DNA of 64,000 bases from an uncultured virus (IMG/VR IMGVR_UViG_3300043419_000665) (lineage: Duplodnaviria > Heunggongvirae > Uroviricota > Caudoviricetes), in IMG/VR virus record IMGVR_UViG_3300043419_000665, positions 1-64,000 of that record; one strand, given 5' to 3'. Below are positions 18,355-28,700 of the stretch, piece by piece. The first letter of the stretch is position 1; each line of letters opens with the position of its first letter. The position numbers and the translations under genes were made by a program. The notes below the pieces were generated by a model. The model searched no databases, was not told the DNA's origin, and saw nothing but the letters and a program-made list of their open reading frames with translations.

Positions 18355-18797
18355 TAGTTTGGTACGCCAATGATAATAAGATTAACATCAACAGACACAT
18401 CTCCAGAGGTGTTAAATCTAACGACCCCTTCAAGACCTGAAGTTGTTACGCTCTTAAGAACAACCGTTACATTTTTACCAGCAACTGTGTTTCCAGTATT
18501 AATTGGTGTGGCTGTTGCAATTGGGGAGTACTTAAACTCTCCTGGGAAAGAATATGTAAAGGATTTTTCCTCACCTGCTGTTATAGTCCCGCTATTAACA
18601 ACACGAACATATCCACCAATTACTCTTGCCTCTGTTGCTTTAATGTTTTGCTTACCAGCGTTAGGAGTGTCTATAGAAGTATACTTATAGGTTGATGGAG
18701 ATATTGCTGTTGACAATTCATTGACTGCCTGGGCCAACTGAGAAATATAAGTAACATCTAAAGGTTGTCCTCTTTCGGGTAAAGGTATTTTTGCCAT
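18354..18797 (-). CDS. Tail-tip/fibre-associated protein (gp53/H-type-lectin-like C-terminus)
   Basis: FTYSFPGEFKYSPIATAT..VTTSG..VNLIIIG; preceded by TGGTATAAT at 18807-18815. Confidence 0.5.
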   Translation of the reverse strand: MAKIPLPERGQPLDVTYISQLAQAVNELSTAISPSTYKYTSIDTPNAGKQNIKATEARVIGGYVRVVNSGTITAGEEKSFTYSFPGEFKYSPIATATPINTGNTVAGKNVTVVLKSVTTSGLEGVVRFNTSGDVSVDVNLIIIGVPN

Positions 18798-18815
18798 GGT
18801 TATATAATTATACCA

Positions 18816-19247
18816 CTAAACCGCTATTGGCGATGAGGTAAATAATGCAGCCCCAGAGAAATATTGCTTAGGATATGTTGGAAGTTGCACAGCAACACGC
18901 AGAGTTGAGACTGAATCTGCAATCAAGGTTGAAAACTGGGTTGATGATGAACTTGATATGTATGCCCAATCAGCACTATCTAATTTAAAATAAATATCAT
19001 ATTGCTTAATTGCTGAGCCTGTAGGCTGCTTCCAAACCATATTTACTACATTTGCAGTTACCGTTACAGAACATTCTAATTGCTCTGGAGATGGATTTGA
19101 TACATAATAATATGGCGACCAATGAGAGGATCTGTTCTTGTCTTCTGAGATTATTCTATATCTTACAGAGTGCTTCTGTGTGGTTCCATTAAATGCTGGA
19201 AGATCTTCCTTTTTGATAACTACCTTTTTTATTTGTGAGTCTGCCAC
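18816..19247 (-). CDS. Minor tail protein with Fn3-like fold
   Basis: VRYRIISED.NRSSHWSP, VNMVWKQP..YDIY; end of the tail operon. Confidence 0.5.
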   Translation of the reverse strand: MADSQIKKVVIKKEDLPAFNGTTQKHSVRYRIISEDKNRSSHWSPYYYVSNPSPEQLECSVTVTANVVNMVWKQPTGSAIKQYDIYFKLDSADWAYISSSSSTQFSTLIADSVSTLRVAVQLPTYPKQYFSGAALFTSSPIAV

Positions 19248-20365
19248 TATAGAACATCCATCCCAAACCTAAACTCAATATGATTAGTTGTATTAGCAGT
19301 CTTAGTAATCGTCTCTGCATTTTTATTTTTAATGACTGAGTATCCTGTTAAACCATAGACTGGGTTTGAAGATGTAGTATTTTCTAATCGCAACGCATCT
19401 AAGCATACGTAGTAATCATTTGATACTGCGCCATTCTTAATTACTGCAACATAAAACTTTACAACATCAACTACGCTCCAAGTAAAACCATTGCTCTTGT
19501 ATAAATCTTGGAATGACTTCTGTGAAACAAAATATCTGTTAGTTGCAAAATCTATACCAGCATCAGACTCTTTAACTACTGTCTCAAACCTTGCCCATTC
19601 TCCAGTTCCATGAACATCAGACTCTGCAAACTCTATCATTATTCTAACCTCATCTGGCTGAACATTTGATTCTCCGTCTTTGTTGACTACAGAAAATGCA
19701 AGTCTGAGATCATCTGTTGGTGCATTCTTATTAAAGTCAAGTGCTGCGCCAGTAAGGTGTATATGCTTTGAGGCAGGTGGAACAACTAAATGGCCACCAG
19801 ATACAGAAAGATTTGTCATATCTCCTCTTATAACCATAATGTTATTTAAGAATCTGCATCTTTCATACCTGTTCACACGTTCTTGGTTTGTAAAAATCTT
19901 GTTGTTTGCATTTGTTTGAAACACTTGATCCGTAATATTGATAATGTTGTCGTCTGAATCTAACGGTGTATAGTATACGGGAATCGCTGTTGCTGTTGTT
20001 GTTCCATGGTATTCCCAGTTTTCATTTGAAGTAAATGAATAAATGTTCTTGCTATCATATGCTCCTGCTGTTGGATTTGATCCCGCAGACCAAACACCAA
20101 CCTCTGTAATCTCATATCTTTCTGCCGTAGGAAGTTCTGCAGTAAAGACTATCTTTGACTGTCCGCCCTCTGTAACATAGCCACGAGATGTAATTGGCAC
20201 ACGAAACATTTCAAAATCTAATGCTTGTTTGCCTGAGTAGTCTCCAAGAGTTGCGTCTGTGTTTAGTGGCTTTGCTCCACAGCCTATGGCAATATATGAA
20301 GCATATGCAGGTGCTTGACCTACAAGATACTTTGCCAGAATGTTCTTACCTGTATTAGTTATCAT
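19247..20365 (-). CDS. Minor tail / baseplate protein
   Basis: MITNTGKNILAKYL..YIAIGCG..EITEVG N-terminus typical of tail-fibre/baseplate proteins. Confidence 0.6.
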   Translation of the reverse strand: MITNTGKNILAKYLVGQAPAYASYIAIGCGAKPLNTDATLGDYSGKQALDFEMFRVPITSRGYVTEGGQSKIVFTAELPTAERYEITEVGVWSAGSNPTAGAYDSKNIYSFTSNENWEYHGTTTATAIPVYYTPLDSDDNIINITDQVFQTNANNKIFTNQERVNRYERCRFLNNIMVIRGDMTNLSVSGGHLVVPPASKHIHLTGAALDFNKNAPTDDLRLAFSVVNKDGESNVQPDEVRIMIEFAESDVHGTGEWARFETVVKESDAGIDFATNRYFVSQKSFQDLYKSNGFTWSVVDVVKFYVAVIKNGAVSNDYYVCLDALRLENTTSSNPVYGLTGYSVIKNKNAETITKTANTTNHIEFRFGMDVL

Positions 20366-20368
20366 TTT

Positions 20369-20863
20369 TTATACCGCCCCATATATTGTACCATTAAGTA
20401 TCTCACCGTTGTTTACTATTTGAACCTCTATTTGCTCATCTGAATCAAGGTTAGTTACATTGATTACCAAGTCACCTGTTGCTTGATCTATATAGACTAT
20501 CTGTCCAGCAGGTCCTGAGCCTACTGATGGTATCTTGTTCTCAAGTCTAATTGGAAAGTTCTTAAAATAAGTATCTGCTGTGTTCTCAAGTTTAATTATA
20601 TTGTTAGGGTTGTATTCTAAGTAAAGGCTTTGCAGGTTTTTAATTGGGCTATACAAAACATCCTGTCCATTAATGATGTCATTTCTTGATATGTTAATTA
20701 ATTCTTGGCCTCCTATATTTTCAAATATAAGATCTGACATAATATCAATTTCAAGTGGTGGGTTGCTAAGAGCAATCAAGGAAGGAGTTGCAACCTTAAC
20801 CGCTGGATTAACTACTGGCTTTGCCTGGGACGCTGGTTGATTTGCTACTGAATCAGTTGCCAT
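20369..20863 (-). CDS. Minor tail protein
   Basis: Coupled ORF in the tail-tip cluster. Confidence 0.5.
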   Translation of the reverse strand: MATDSVANQPASQAKPVVNPAVKVATPSLIALSNPPLEIDIMSDLIFENIGGQELINISRNDIINGQDVLYSPIKNLQSLYLEYNPNNIIKLENTADTYFKNFPIRLENKIPSVGSGPAGQIVYIDQATGDLVINVTNLDSDEQIEVQIVNNGEILNGTIYGAV

Positions 20864-23800
20864 TAAACTACCTCACTTAAAAATAATGTCATTTCTGGAC
20901 CATCTTTTTCTTTAGAATATTCTATATTATATACCACAAACCTTGCGTCTTTAGATCCGATCTTATCTATTTGATTTTCAACGTAGTCAACAGATACAAT
21001 GTCTCCAAGTTGAATCATTGGGTTTGCAAAAACCTTAACGCCTATAGACTTTCTTGGCTTCATTATTTTTTTAATTACCCAAGCCAAAAGGTTTTCTGCG
21101 TCATCGTGTGACTGAATATATGGAGCCTCTAATGAAAAATCCTTTTTGCCATAAGTCATGCGACTTAATTTTATGTCCTCATAATCTTTTGCAATTTTAT
21201 TAGGATATGATACTAGCGAATTACCAACAAACTGTGGGTCTGCTAAATTGCTATTCTTTGAAAAGTATTCGTCAACAGTAAGATCGTTGTTTGATTGCTG
21301 AGTAAATGTAATGCCTTGAATTCTTAGATAGTTTCCGCTTGTCTCATCAAGGCTGAGTGCTGTGTCTGTAGAATTAAATATTAAAAATTCTGCTCCATAT
21401 GCCCCTGCTCTAAATCCTGAAATAGCATAACCCTTTAATCTATTAAATGTTGGAGATAACTTTGCATACAAAGCAGGATATGCCTTGTCATATTTAAAAT
21501 TAAATGATGCTGCTTCTCTCATTATTGTTCCAAACTCTTCAAAGTACATGCTAAACTTTGGAGGCTCAGCAGAACTAATACCAGTAAGATAGGTTGATTG
21601 AACTGCACCTGACATGGCGTATTTCATAAATGAATCGTTTGCATTTATTTCAGAATCTCCAAATGCTGAACTAATCGGTGCATCAATTTGAAACGCTGTA
21701 TTTTGTGAATAGTTGTTTGCCAATGCATAGATATTTTCAAACATAACTCTTGAAGATCCACGAACAAACAATGACATATTGTTATATATTGGAAGCGGGT
21801 CAGTGTCATCTATTGTAGCGATTAGGTTATTGTTTAGATACAGAAAGAACCTTCTGCGTGAGCCTATCTCTTGATACTCAACTGCTAAGTCATATACTGT
21901 TGGGTTTTCTTCTGCAGCCATTCTGTACTGTCCCGTGAATTTTCCATCGTCTACAATTATGTTTGTAAGTCCTTCATACAGTTTTACTGGCACTGCAGAT
22001 GTAGTTGCTGTTCCAGTAGTAGCAGCCTTTAGTTTATAGAATATAACATTATGAACATTGTCTTGCTCAGAATTATTAAGGTTGTTTGCTCCCAGCGCAA
22101 TGATTTCAAAATAGTATCCGTTGTTTGTTTCTGGGTTTATCATAACACCAAGACCACCTGAGCCACCAACAATGCTTATGTTCTTGTCTGGAGTAGTTCC
22201 TGGAACAGTGTAGTAAGTAGATCCACCTACTGGTGTCTGACCACGATTAATATCATTTTCAATTTTACCAACAATTCTCATTCTAGTTCCAAAGTGCTTA
22301 TACTTATTTGCTAATGGCTTATACACATATGATATAAAATCAATTGGTGACTCTGTTGTTGTAAACCCTGGACCATTCATAATCAAAGCAGAAGACTGGA
22401 CTGTTCCAGTTTGTGTTGAAAGCATTGCATTAATACTTGTCTCTGCAATATACTTTGATGAAAGAAAGTTTTTAATAATACCGTTTCTTGTTGTTTTCTG
22501 TGCAAGAGTGTTGCTTAGGCCTGCTGCAAAAACCCTTGTGTCTGGCAATGTTTGATCTGATTTAAATAAATACTTTGACTCCATTGTGCATCCACGAACA
22601 TTTGCGTTATCTGACCAGTATGGATTTAGACCAGCAGTATGCAATGTTACTGGAGTTCCAAACTGTCCTCTTCCATGCTTTGCAACAGGACCATTTTTTA
22701 ATTTTATAATTCCAGAAACTTCTTCATAGTTTGGCTCAGCGTATATTCTTACTAAGCCCGTTGGATAAATCTTTCCGTTAAAAGGAAGAGATGAAAAGTA
22801 CTTATCATATTCCTGAACATTGTTAATCCAAACATCTCCATTACCAGAAATATTATATTGAACAGCATCATACTTTATAATCTCTCCATTAGAATAAAAG
22901 TATCCATTGTATCTTGTTATCCAGTAAACGCCCTCTCCTAAATCCATAACATTATTAACAACTACGTTATTAGAAACATTTGGAACTGTGGCAGAAAGAT
23001 TAGAATTTAATGGTATTGCGCTTAGCATGTATGTAGACTGGTTTCCAATCTCTCCATTAGTAGACTTGGTATTTTCTGTACCTGCAACTTCCCATAAAAG
23101 AACTGGTTTATAAATCCAAGTCTTTTCATTATCAATTAGGTTTGCCTGCTTTATGCTTCCAATAGATCTTTGAATATGTCTTGTTGTATAAACAATCTTT
23201 CCATCATTGTAAACATCGTTGTCCTCAGATGTTACCTCTAAAATATTTGCAAGTTTTGTTTTTGTTCTTTCGTTTTTAACTACTCCAGAATCTTGTGAAT
23301 CAGAAGATCCGTAAAGAACTATGTCTGTTGGTCTTTGCGCTAATGATGGCATTATATAGTTTTTACTCATCATTACAAAATTATTGTACTCGTCAAAAAA
23401 CATGGCTGTTTGTGTTGAGATTGCTATATCTTCTAATATCTCAGCAACAGTCTTTTCTGGTGGTATAAAGAAATATGGAATAATTGTTTCTGATTCTCCG
23501 TCTACCCTTTTAAATACATAGTTTGAAAATCCTATAGAGTCTAAAAGAAGTGAAACGGCTGCGCTAACAGATGTGTTTGTTGAAAGAATTTCTGGGGCAG
23601 TTTGAGATTCAAAGTAGAAATATAAATCTCTTAGTTCAATAGATACCTGCTTTGAATCATTTGATGTTTTTGGAAATCCATCTGAGTACATGGTTTTGAT
23701 TGGAACGTAGTAGTCAACGCCTGCAACATCCACAATTATCTCGTAAAGTTTTACCTGTATATTTTTTGATACATACTTTCCAATAATACTGTTTGTGTTG

Positions 23801-25143
23801 TTTGCATTAAAGGCATCGTCAAAATCAAAGAGTTCAAGTTTACCAGTAGATGCAAGTAGTTGTCCAACAGGAAGTCCACTTGCACCAAGGTCTGATGCGC
23901 TTTTGTTAACTGAAAAACTCAATACCCTATCTGAAATATCTGCTGATAGTCTAGAAGACATTTCAATTAAATCAAATGTTGAGTCAAACTTATTCATGCT
24001 TTCAACCACGATTCTAATTCCAGAAATATATTCAAACTCTTTATATTTTTTAGCAGTACCAGAGTTGTAGTATTTTGGAGATGTTAAATCAGTTACAAAG
24101 TTTGTTAGACTGTCTACAGAACTTTCTTCAAGTTTCCAACCATATGTTGGAGTAAAAGTTTTCCATTCAGAATCGTACCAGATATAATACGTACCAAGTT
24201 CCCCATCATTTTGTATTACTAAAAATGAATGTCCTTCTTCTGCAGTATCTGGTCTAAGAGTTACAGAAGGTAGTTCTCCTTTAAAAATAAATATATCTGA
24301 ATATAACTTAGGAACTATGAGGCCATAGGAAAGTTCAACATATCCGTCAGACTTGATGATGTCTGTTCCATCTTTTCTTTTATCTTTGTCTGTAAACGAT
24401 ACAGCATCTACCCAGTTGTTATTCTTTAAAACCTGAATCTTCCATCTATCTGGAGTTGTTTTATTTGTATCACCAAAGTATGGATCTAAAAATGTATCTG
24501 CTGAGTTTGAAAATGTTCCATAATCAAGTTCTCCAACATTAGTTTGCATCTTTACAATAACTCTATTTGCTGGCACTTGCTGCTTGTACACAACAAATGG
24601 GGCAGTGTCTTCTATTCTGTGTCTTCCATTTATAGTCTTATTTGCAACACCATACTCAATTTTATTTTCAGTTCTAAAAGATGTCCAGTATTTAAATGGG
24701 TCATTCTTGTCTGGCATATAGTATCTTGGTCTTTTTGCCATATTAATATTTGGGTTGTGCAAGTATCTACCGTTTAAATATGTTGCTTTATTAATTCCAG
24801 ATCTTGGTCTTTGAGGTTTTAAACAATCTTCCAAAGAGTAAAGCATCTTTAACTTTTCTTTATAAGCAGTAAGAGTCGTTGGCTCTCCATTATCATCAAA
24901 GCCACCATCAATTTTTACATCTGCATCTGTTGCTCCAGTGTAATAGTTTCCAGCATCTGCTTGATCAAAGGTGTTTGGAATTCCTCTATATGGAGAATCT
25001 TGGCTGGTTGGTCTATATCTATAGTTTCCAACAGTAGAGATGTTTGATGGTATGTTCATGTTCCATTCAACTACAACTGCAGATTGTGTTTTTACAGAAG
25101 AACTTGTCTCTAAATGATTTTGTAATTCTTTACCCTGAAACAT
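20863..25143 (-). CDS. Large tail-tip / baseplate hub (central fibre-like) protein
   Basis: About 1426 aa, second gene after the tape measure; hub-like MFFDEYNNF and NPMIQLGDIV; TAATG overlap fixes the start at 25143. Confidence 0.65.
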   Translation of the reverse strand: MFQGKELQNHLETSSSVKTQSAVVVEWNMNIPSNISTVGNYRYRPTSQDSPYRGIPNTFDQADAGNYYTGATDADVKIDGGFDDNGEPTTLTAYKEKLKMLYSLEDCLKPQRPRSGINKATYLNGRYLHNPNINMAKRPRYYMPDKNDPFKYWTSFRTENKIEYGVANKTINGRHRIEDTAPFVVYKQQVPANRVIVKMQTNVGELDYGTFSNSADTFLDPYFGDTNKTTPDRWKIQVLKNNNWVDAVSFTDKDKRKDGTDIIKSDGYVELSYGLIVPKLYSDIFIFKGELPSVTLRPDTAEEGHSFLVIQNDGELGTYYIWYDSEWKTFTPTYGWKLEESSVDSLTNFVTDLTSPKYYNSGTAKKYKEFEYISGIRIVVESMNKFDSTFDLIEMSSRLSADISDRVLSFSVNKSASDLGASGLPVGQLLASTGKLELFDFDDAFNANNTNSIIGKYVSKNIQVKLYEIIVDVAGVDYYVPIKTMYSDGFPKTSNDSKQVSIELRDLYFYFESQTAPEILSTNTSVSAAVSLLLDSIGFSNYVFKRVDGESETIIPYFFIPPEKTVAEILEDIAISTQTAMFFDEYNNFVMMSKNYIMPSLAQRPTDIVLYGSSDSQDSGVVKNERTKTKLANILEVTSEDNDVYNDGKIVYTTRHIQRSIGSIKQANLIDNEKTWIYKPVLLWEVAGTENTKSTNGEIGNQSTYMLSAIPLNSNLSATVPNVSNNVVVNNVMDLGEGVYWITRYNGYFYSNGEIIKYDAVQYNISGNGDVWINNVQEYDKYFSSLPFNGKIYPTGLVRIYAEPNYEEVSGIIKLKNGPVAKHGRGQFGTPVTLHTAGLNPYWSDNANVRGCTMESKYLFKSDQTLPDTRVFAAGLSNTLAQKTTRNGIIKNFLSSKYIAETSINAMLSTQTGTVQSSALIMNGPGFTTTESPIDFISYVYKPLANKYKHFGTRMRIVGKIENDINRGQTPVGGSTYYTVPGTTPDKNISIVGGSGGLGVMINPETNNGYYFEIIALGANNLNNSEQDNVHNVIFYKLKAATTGTATTSAVPVKLYEGLTNIIVDDGKFTGQYRMAAEENPTVYDLAVEYQEIGSRRRFFLYLNNNLIATIDDTDPLPIYNNMSLFVRGSSRVMFENIYALANNYSQNTAFQIDAPISSAFGDSEINANDSFMKYAMSGAVQSTYLTGISSAEPPKFSMYFEEFGTIMREAASFNFKYDKAYPALYAKLSPTFNRLKGYAISGFRAGAYGAEFLIFNSTDTALSLDETSGNYLRIQGITFTQQSNNDLTVDEYFSKNSNLADPQFVGNSLVSYPNKIAKDYEDIKLSRMTYGKKDFSLEAPYIQSHDDAENLLAWVIKKIMKPRKSIGVKVFANPMIQLGDIVSVDYVENQIDKIGSKDARFVVYNIEYSKEKDGPEMTLFLSEVV

Positions 25144-25799
25144 TACGCCTCTTCCAGTGTTAGGGCGACATTCCAAAAGTCAAAGTTAAGACCGCTTCTT
25201 TTTACAACAGAATACTTAAAGTCTGAGAAAAATACTTCTACAATCTCATTATACTTATTTATATTATTAAACCTGTTGTCTGCTTCAGTTAAATCTGTAT
25301 CTTCAAAGTTTGTGTACTTATCATAAGCCAAGTAAACCCAAAAAGATCCTTTATGGTTTTCATACCAGTCAAGCAGTTCTACTCCGCCTGCTCCACCATC
25401 TGTAGTAAATTCTAATGGCTTTGGTCTTGATGGTGATGATTCCATGTCTGCATTTCCACTGGTATTAAAGTCTGCCTTGGTGTCATATGCTCTTGATGGC
25501 AGCATATCCCAAGAAACAGATATGTTTAATTTATCTGCAATGTGGTATGACCTCATACGTCCATTGATCATTCTTTCACGTTTTTCAATTCTAACGGGAG
25601 TAAAGTCTATCTCTGATCTATTATCATCAGAGAGTATTAGAAAGTCTCTAGTATTGGCTGCAGAGCCTGCATATGCCCCTACCTCGTACCCGTCTGGGAC
25701 GTAAAAACCATTAACCTTTGTTCCAGGGTTGTCTGCAAATAGCATTGCTTGTGGTCTTGAATATTTTTTTCTTCCAGACATATATGTATTAGTTGCCAT
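25143..25799 (-). CDS. Distal tail (Dit-like) protein
   Basis: Immediately after the tape measure; RMINGRMR..ISVSWDML..VALTLEE. Confidence 0.6.
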   Translation of the reverse strand: MATNTYMSGRKKYSRPQAMLFADNPGTKVNGFYVPDGYEVGAYAGSAANTRDFLILSDDNRSEIDFTPVRIEKRERMINGRMRSYHIADKLNISVSWDMLPSRAYDTKADFNTSGNADMESSPSRPKPLEFTTDGGAGGVELLDWYENHKGSFWVYLAYDKYTNFEDTDLTEADNRFNNINKYNEIVEVFFSDFKYSVVKRSGLNFDFWNVALTLEEA

Positions 25800-28700
25800 T
25801 ATAATCTATTCCCCCTGAGTTTTTGTGAATCAATACCCTTTATTTGTGTCATTACAACTCTTGCAATTTCATCTGGGTTTGCATCTGATTTTACATTAAC
25901 ACTAATACTATAATTATACACTGAGTCTCCTGCTGATTGGCCACTATTTATTGCTCTCATTGTGTCTGCACCATGAGACTGAACAGCATATCTACTCATT
26001 ACAAATTCTCCTGGTGTTAGCATTGCAGGGACTGTGTCTGTTCCAGAAGCATATCCACCTTCTGCAAAGTATTTTGGAACTAGTCCGCCCTTAGAAAACA
26101 TTTGAAGTCCATAAAAACCATTTCCGCTTCCACCCATTGATGCTCCAGAACCAACTAATGGCCTTAAACTCTTGTCTACATCCATTGGATTGCTAATGCT
26201 CTTTTTAGGCTGTTCTGCTAGTTGATGGAAATAGTCTGAGAAGTTTGCTACCTTGCCGTTAAATGGAAGACCTGGGATCTCTGTTCCTCCCCATGGATCT
26301 TTTCCAGCATCATTAAATATTGGCTTACCTTTAGTATCAAATCCTAATGGTGACTGCTGATGAAGTCTTTCTAGTTCTCCCCAATACCTTGATGTTGGAC
26401 TTCCAGTTGGCTTATTGTCTGAATCATATGCAGATTTTGGCTTAGGTGGAAAATATTCGTCTGCTCTAGCCTCTGATGTCTTGAACAAAGAAAGACCAGT
26501 AATTGCAGCAGCAAGTGCTGATGCTTTAGCGATCAGAGACTTGTTGGTTCCAATTTTTTGAGTGTTATTTAGATTTGGCTCAACGATTTTAGGGATATCT
26601 GTTCGTGGAACAAAAACTGTTTTTCCATCTTTTACAACTGCTTTAAGGTCTGGACCATCTTTAAACTTTAATCGCATTCCAGGAATATTTCCAACACCCC
26701 AATTGGTGTATGCATCTCCATGTCTATATCCAATATATCCATCTCTCATAAGTGATTGCATAAATGGGTCAGTTGTATCAGCATTTATATTTCCCATATC
26801 TCTTGGCTGAGTCCCTGTTGTTTTAATATAATTCTCTTTATATTTTGCCATTTTTGGTGGATCTATAAATCCTTTACTTGTTAAAACTTTAAACATTGCT
26901 TTTGGTGTCAAATCTATACCGTACTGATTATCTCCAAAAGTATTAAAGAATTGTTTAGAAGTTGCTGGACTAGTTGCACTATACAGGCCTGGCCCATATG
27001 CGTTCATTGGTGTTTTTGCTCCATCAAATTTTGATGCTAAGAATCTTTCTAAAGGAGATGGAAGATCCTCTATAAGTTTTCCATGTCGATGAATGCCTCT
27101 TTTCATTTGAATTAATGCACCAAGTCCGCCAGGAATTGAATCTAATATTGCTTGAGTCTTGTAGTGCTTTACTAATTCATCTGCATTGTCTCCACCAACA
27201 TCAGCAATCTGACGAGAAAGAGACATATTTCTTCCAAAGTTTGTTTTTTCGTATTTGCCTATTAAGAAGTTTGTTGCAGAATCTTTAACTTTATTAAATC
27301 TTGAAGTAATTGGGCTTGTAATATCAGAAGCAATATTTTTAAATGCGTTACCATATGAAGCAGTTTTCTTTCCATTTTCTCCTGAAACCATAGACCTTTG
27401 AAGATATGAACGCTCATCTAAAGGAGTGTCTATAAGTCTTTTAGGGTTAAGTGCTTTTCCTAAATCAGCAACAGTTGGTGCTACCTTTGCTGCCACAAGG
27501 CTTCCAAGTTTTGTGCTTAAAAATGAATTATTTATTGTTGGTTCTTTTTCTCCTAGCCTCCAAGCCTGACTTATTTTAGGGCTAAGATTTTCAAAAAATC
27601 TTCTAGGAGAATATACAGCATTTGCTATTTTGTTACGGATTGGGTTCATCCCTTGTATTTTCATTCCAAGTCTTGTGTCCCAAGGTTGTTTTGGCATTAC
27701 CCAATTATCTGAATCCCAACTTCCCCAATCATCCATATTTGATTCTTTTGAAGATACTGTATTAGTATTAGTGGTTAGTTTTTCTTCTACCAAACTTGTA
27801 TTTGGTTTTGTTGTTGTTACAGCATTTGCCTTATTTAGTATTTTATTAAATATATCGATACCATTTTTTCCAAGGGATTCTTTTATGGTTTTAGGAATAA
27901 TGCTACCTAACTTGTTAATTGCTGGCTTTACTGCTTTTAAACCTGGAACTGGTGCAACTGCTAAAGCAGCATTTAAATTATCTTTTAGGCTAGACTTTGT
28001 TTCTGCACCCATTGCTTTAGCAGCAAACATTTGAGGAATACCGCCATACTTTGCAATGTCCAAAGCAGTTTTTGCTATTGATGGAAGTGAAAAGAAGTTA
28101 GCAGTTTTTTCCCATATCTTCTTATCAAATAATGATGTTGCTCTTTCATCTTGGGTATTGGTGCTTCTAGAGCCCATTGATGACATCCCTAGACCATGTG
28201 GTGCACCTACGGTTCCACCAGTTGAGAATCTTTGAACATTTATATCATTTAAGAAGTCTTGGCCATATTGATCAACTGCAGACTTTCTAACTACAAACTC
28301 TCCTGGAGTTAACATTGCAGGTACAGTATCTGTACCCTTTGGTATGAAGCCACCATCTGCTTGATATAGCATTCCGTACTTTCCTGTTAGACCTCCTCCA
28401 GGTTTTGCATTTGGATCAACTTCTGGAAGTGTTGCATCGTATGCCGACTGGATTGCAGCAAGAGCAATTCCTGCATTTCTAACTCTATACATGTTTCCAC
28501 TTGCAACGGCTGATTCGTATGCTGCAATTGCTGCATCAAGTGCTTGTACTGTGTTATCAAACTTTTCTGCTTCACTTATTGTTGCTTGTGTCTCTTGAGG
28601 TGCTACATAGGCTTCTGCGCCTACTCCTCCAATTTGATTCATTGCATTTTGAACTGCGCCAGGAATTCCATTTGCATATTGAGCCATCTTTGCAAGAATA

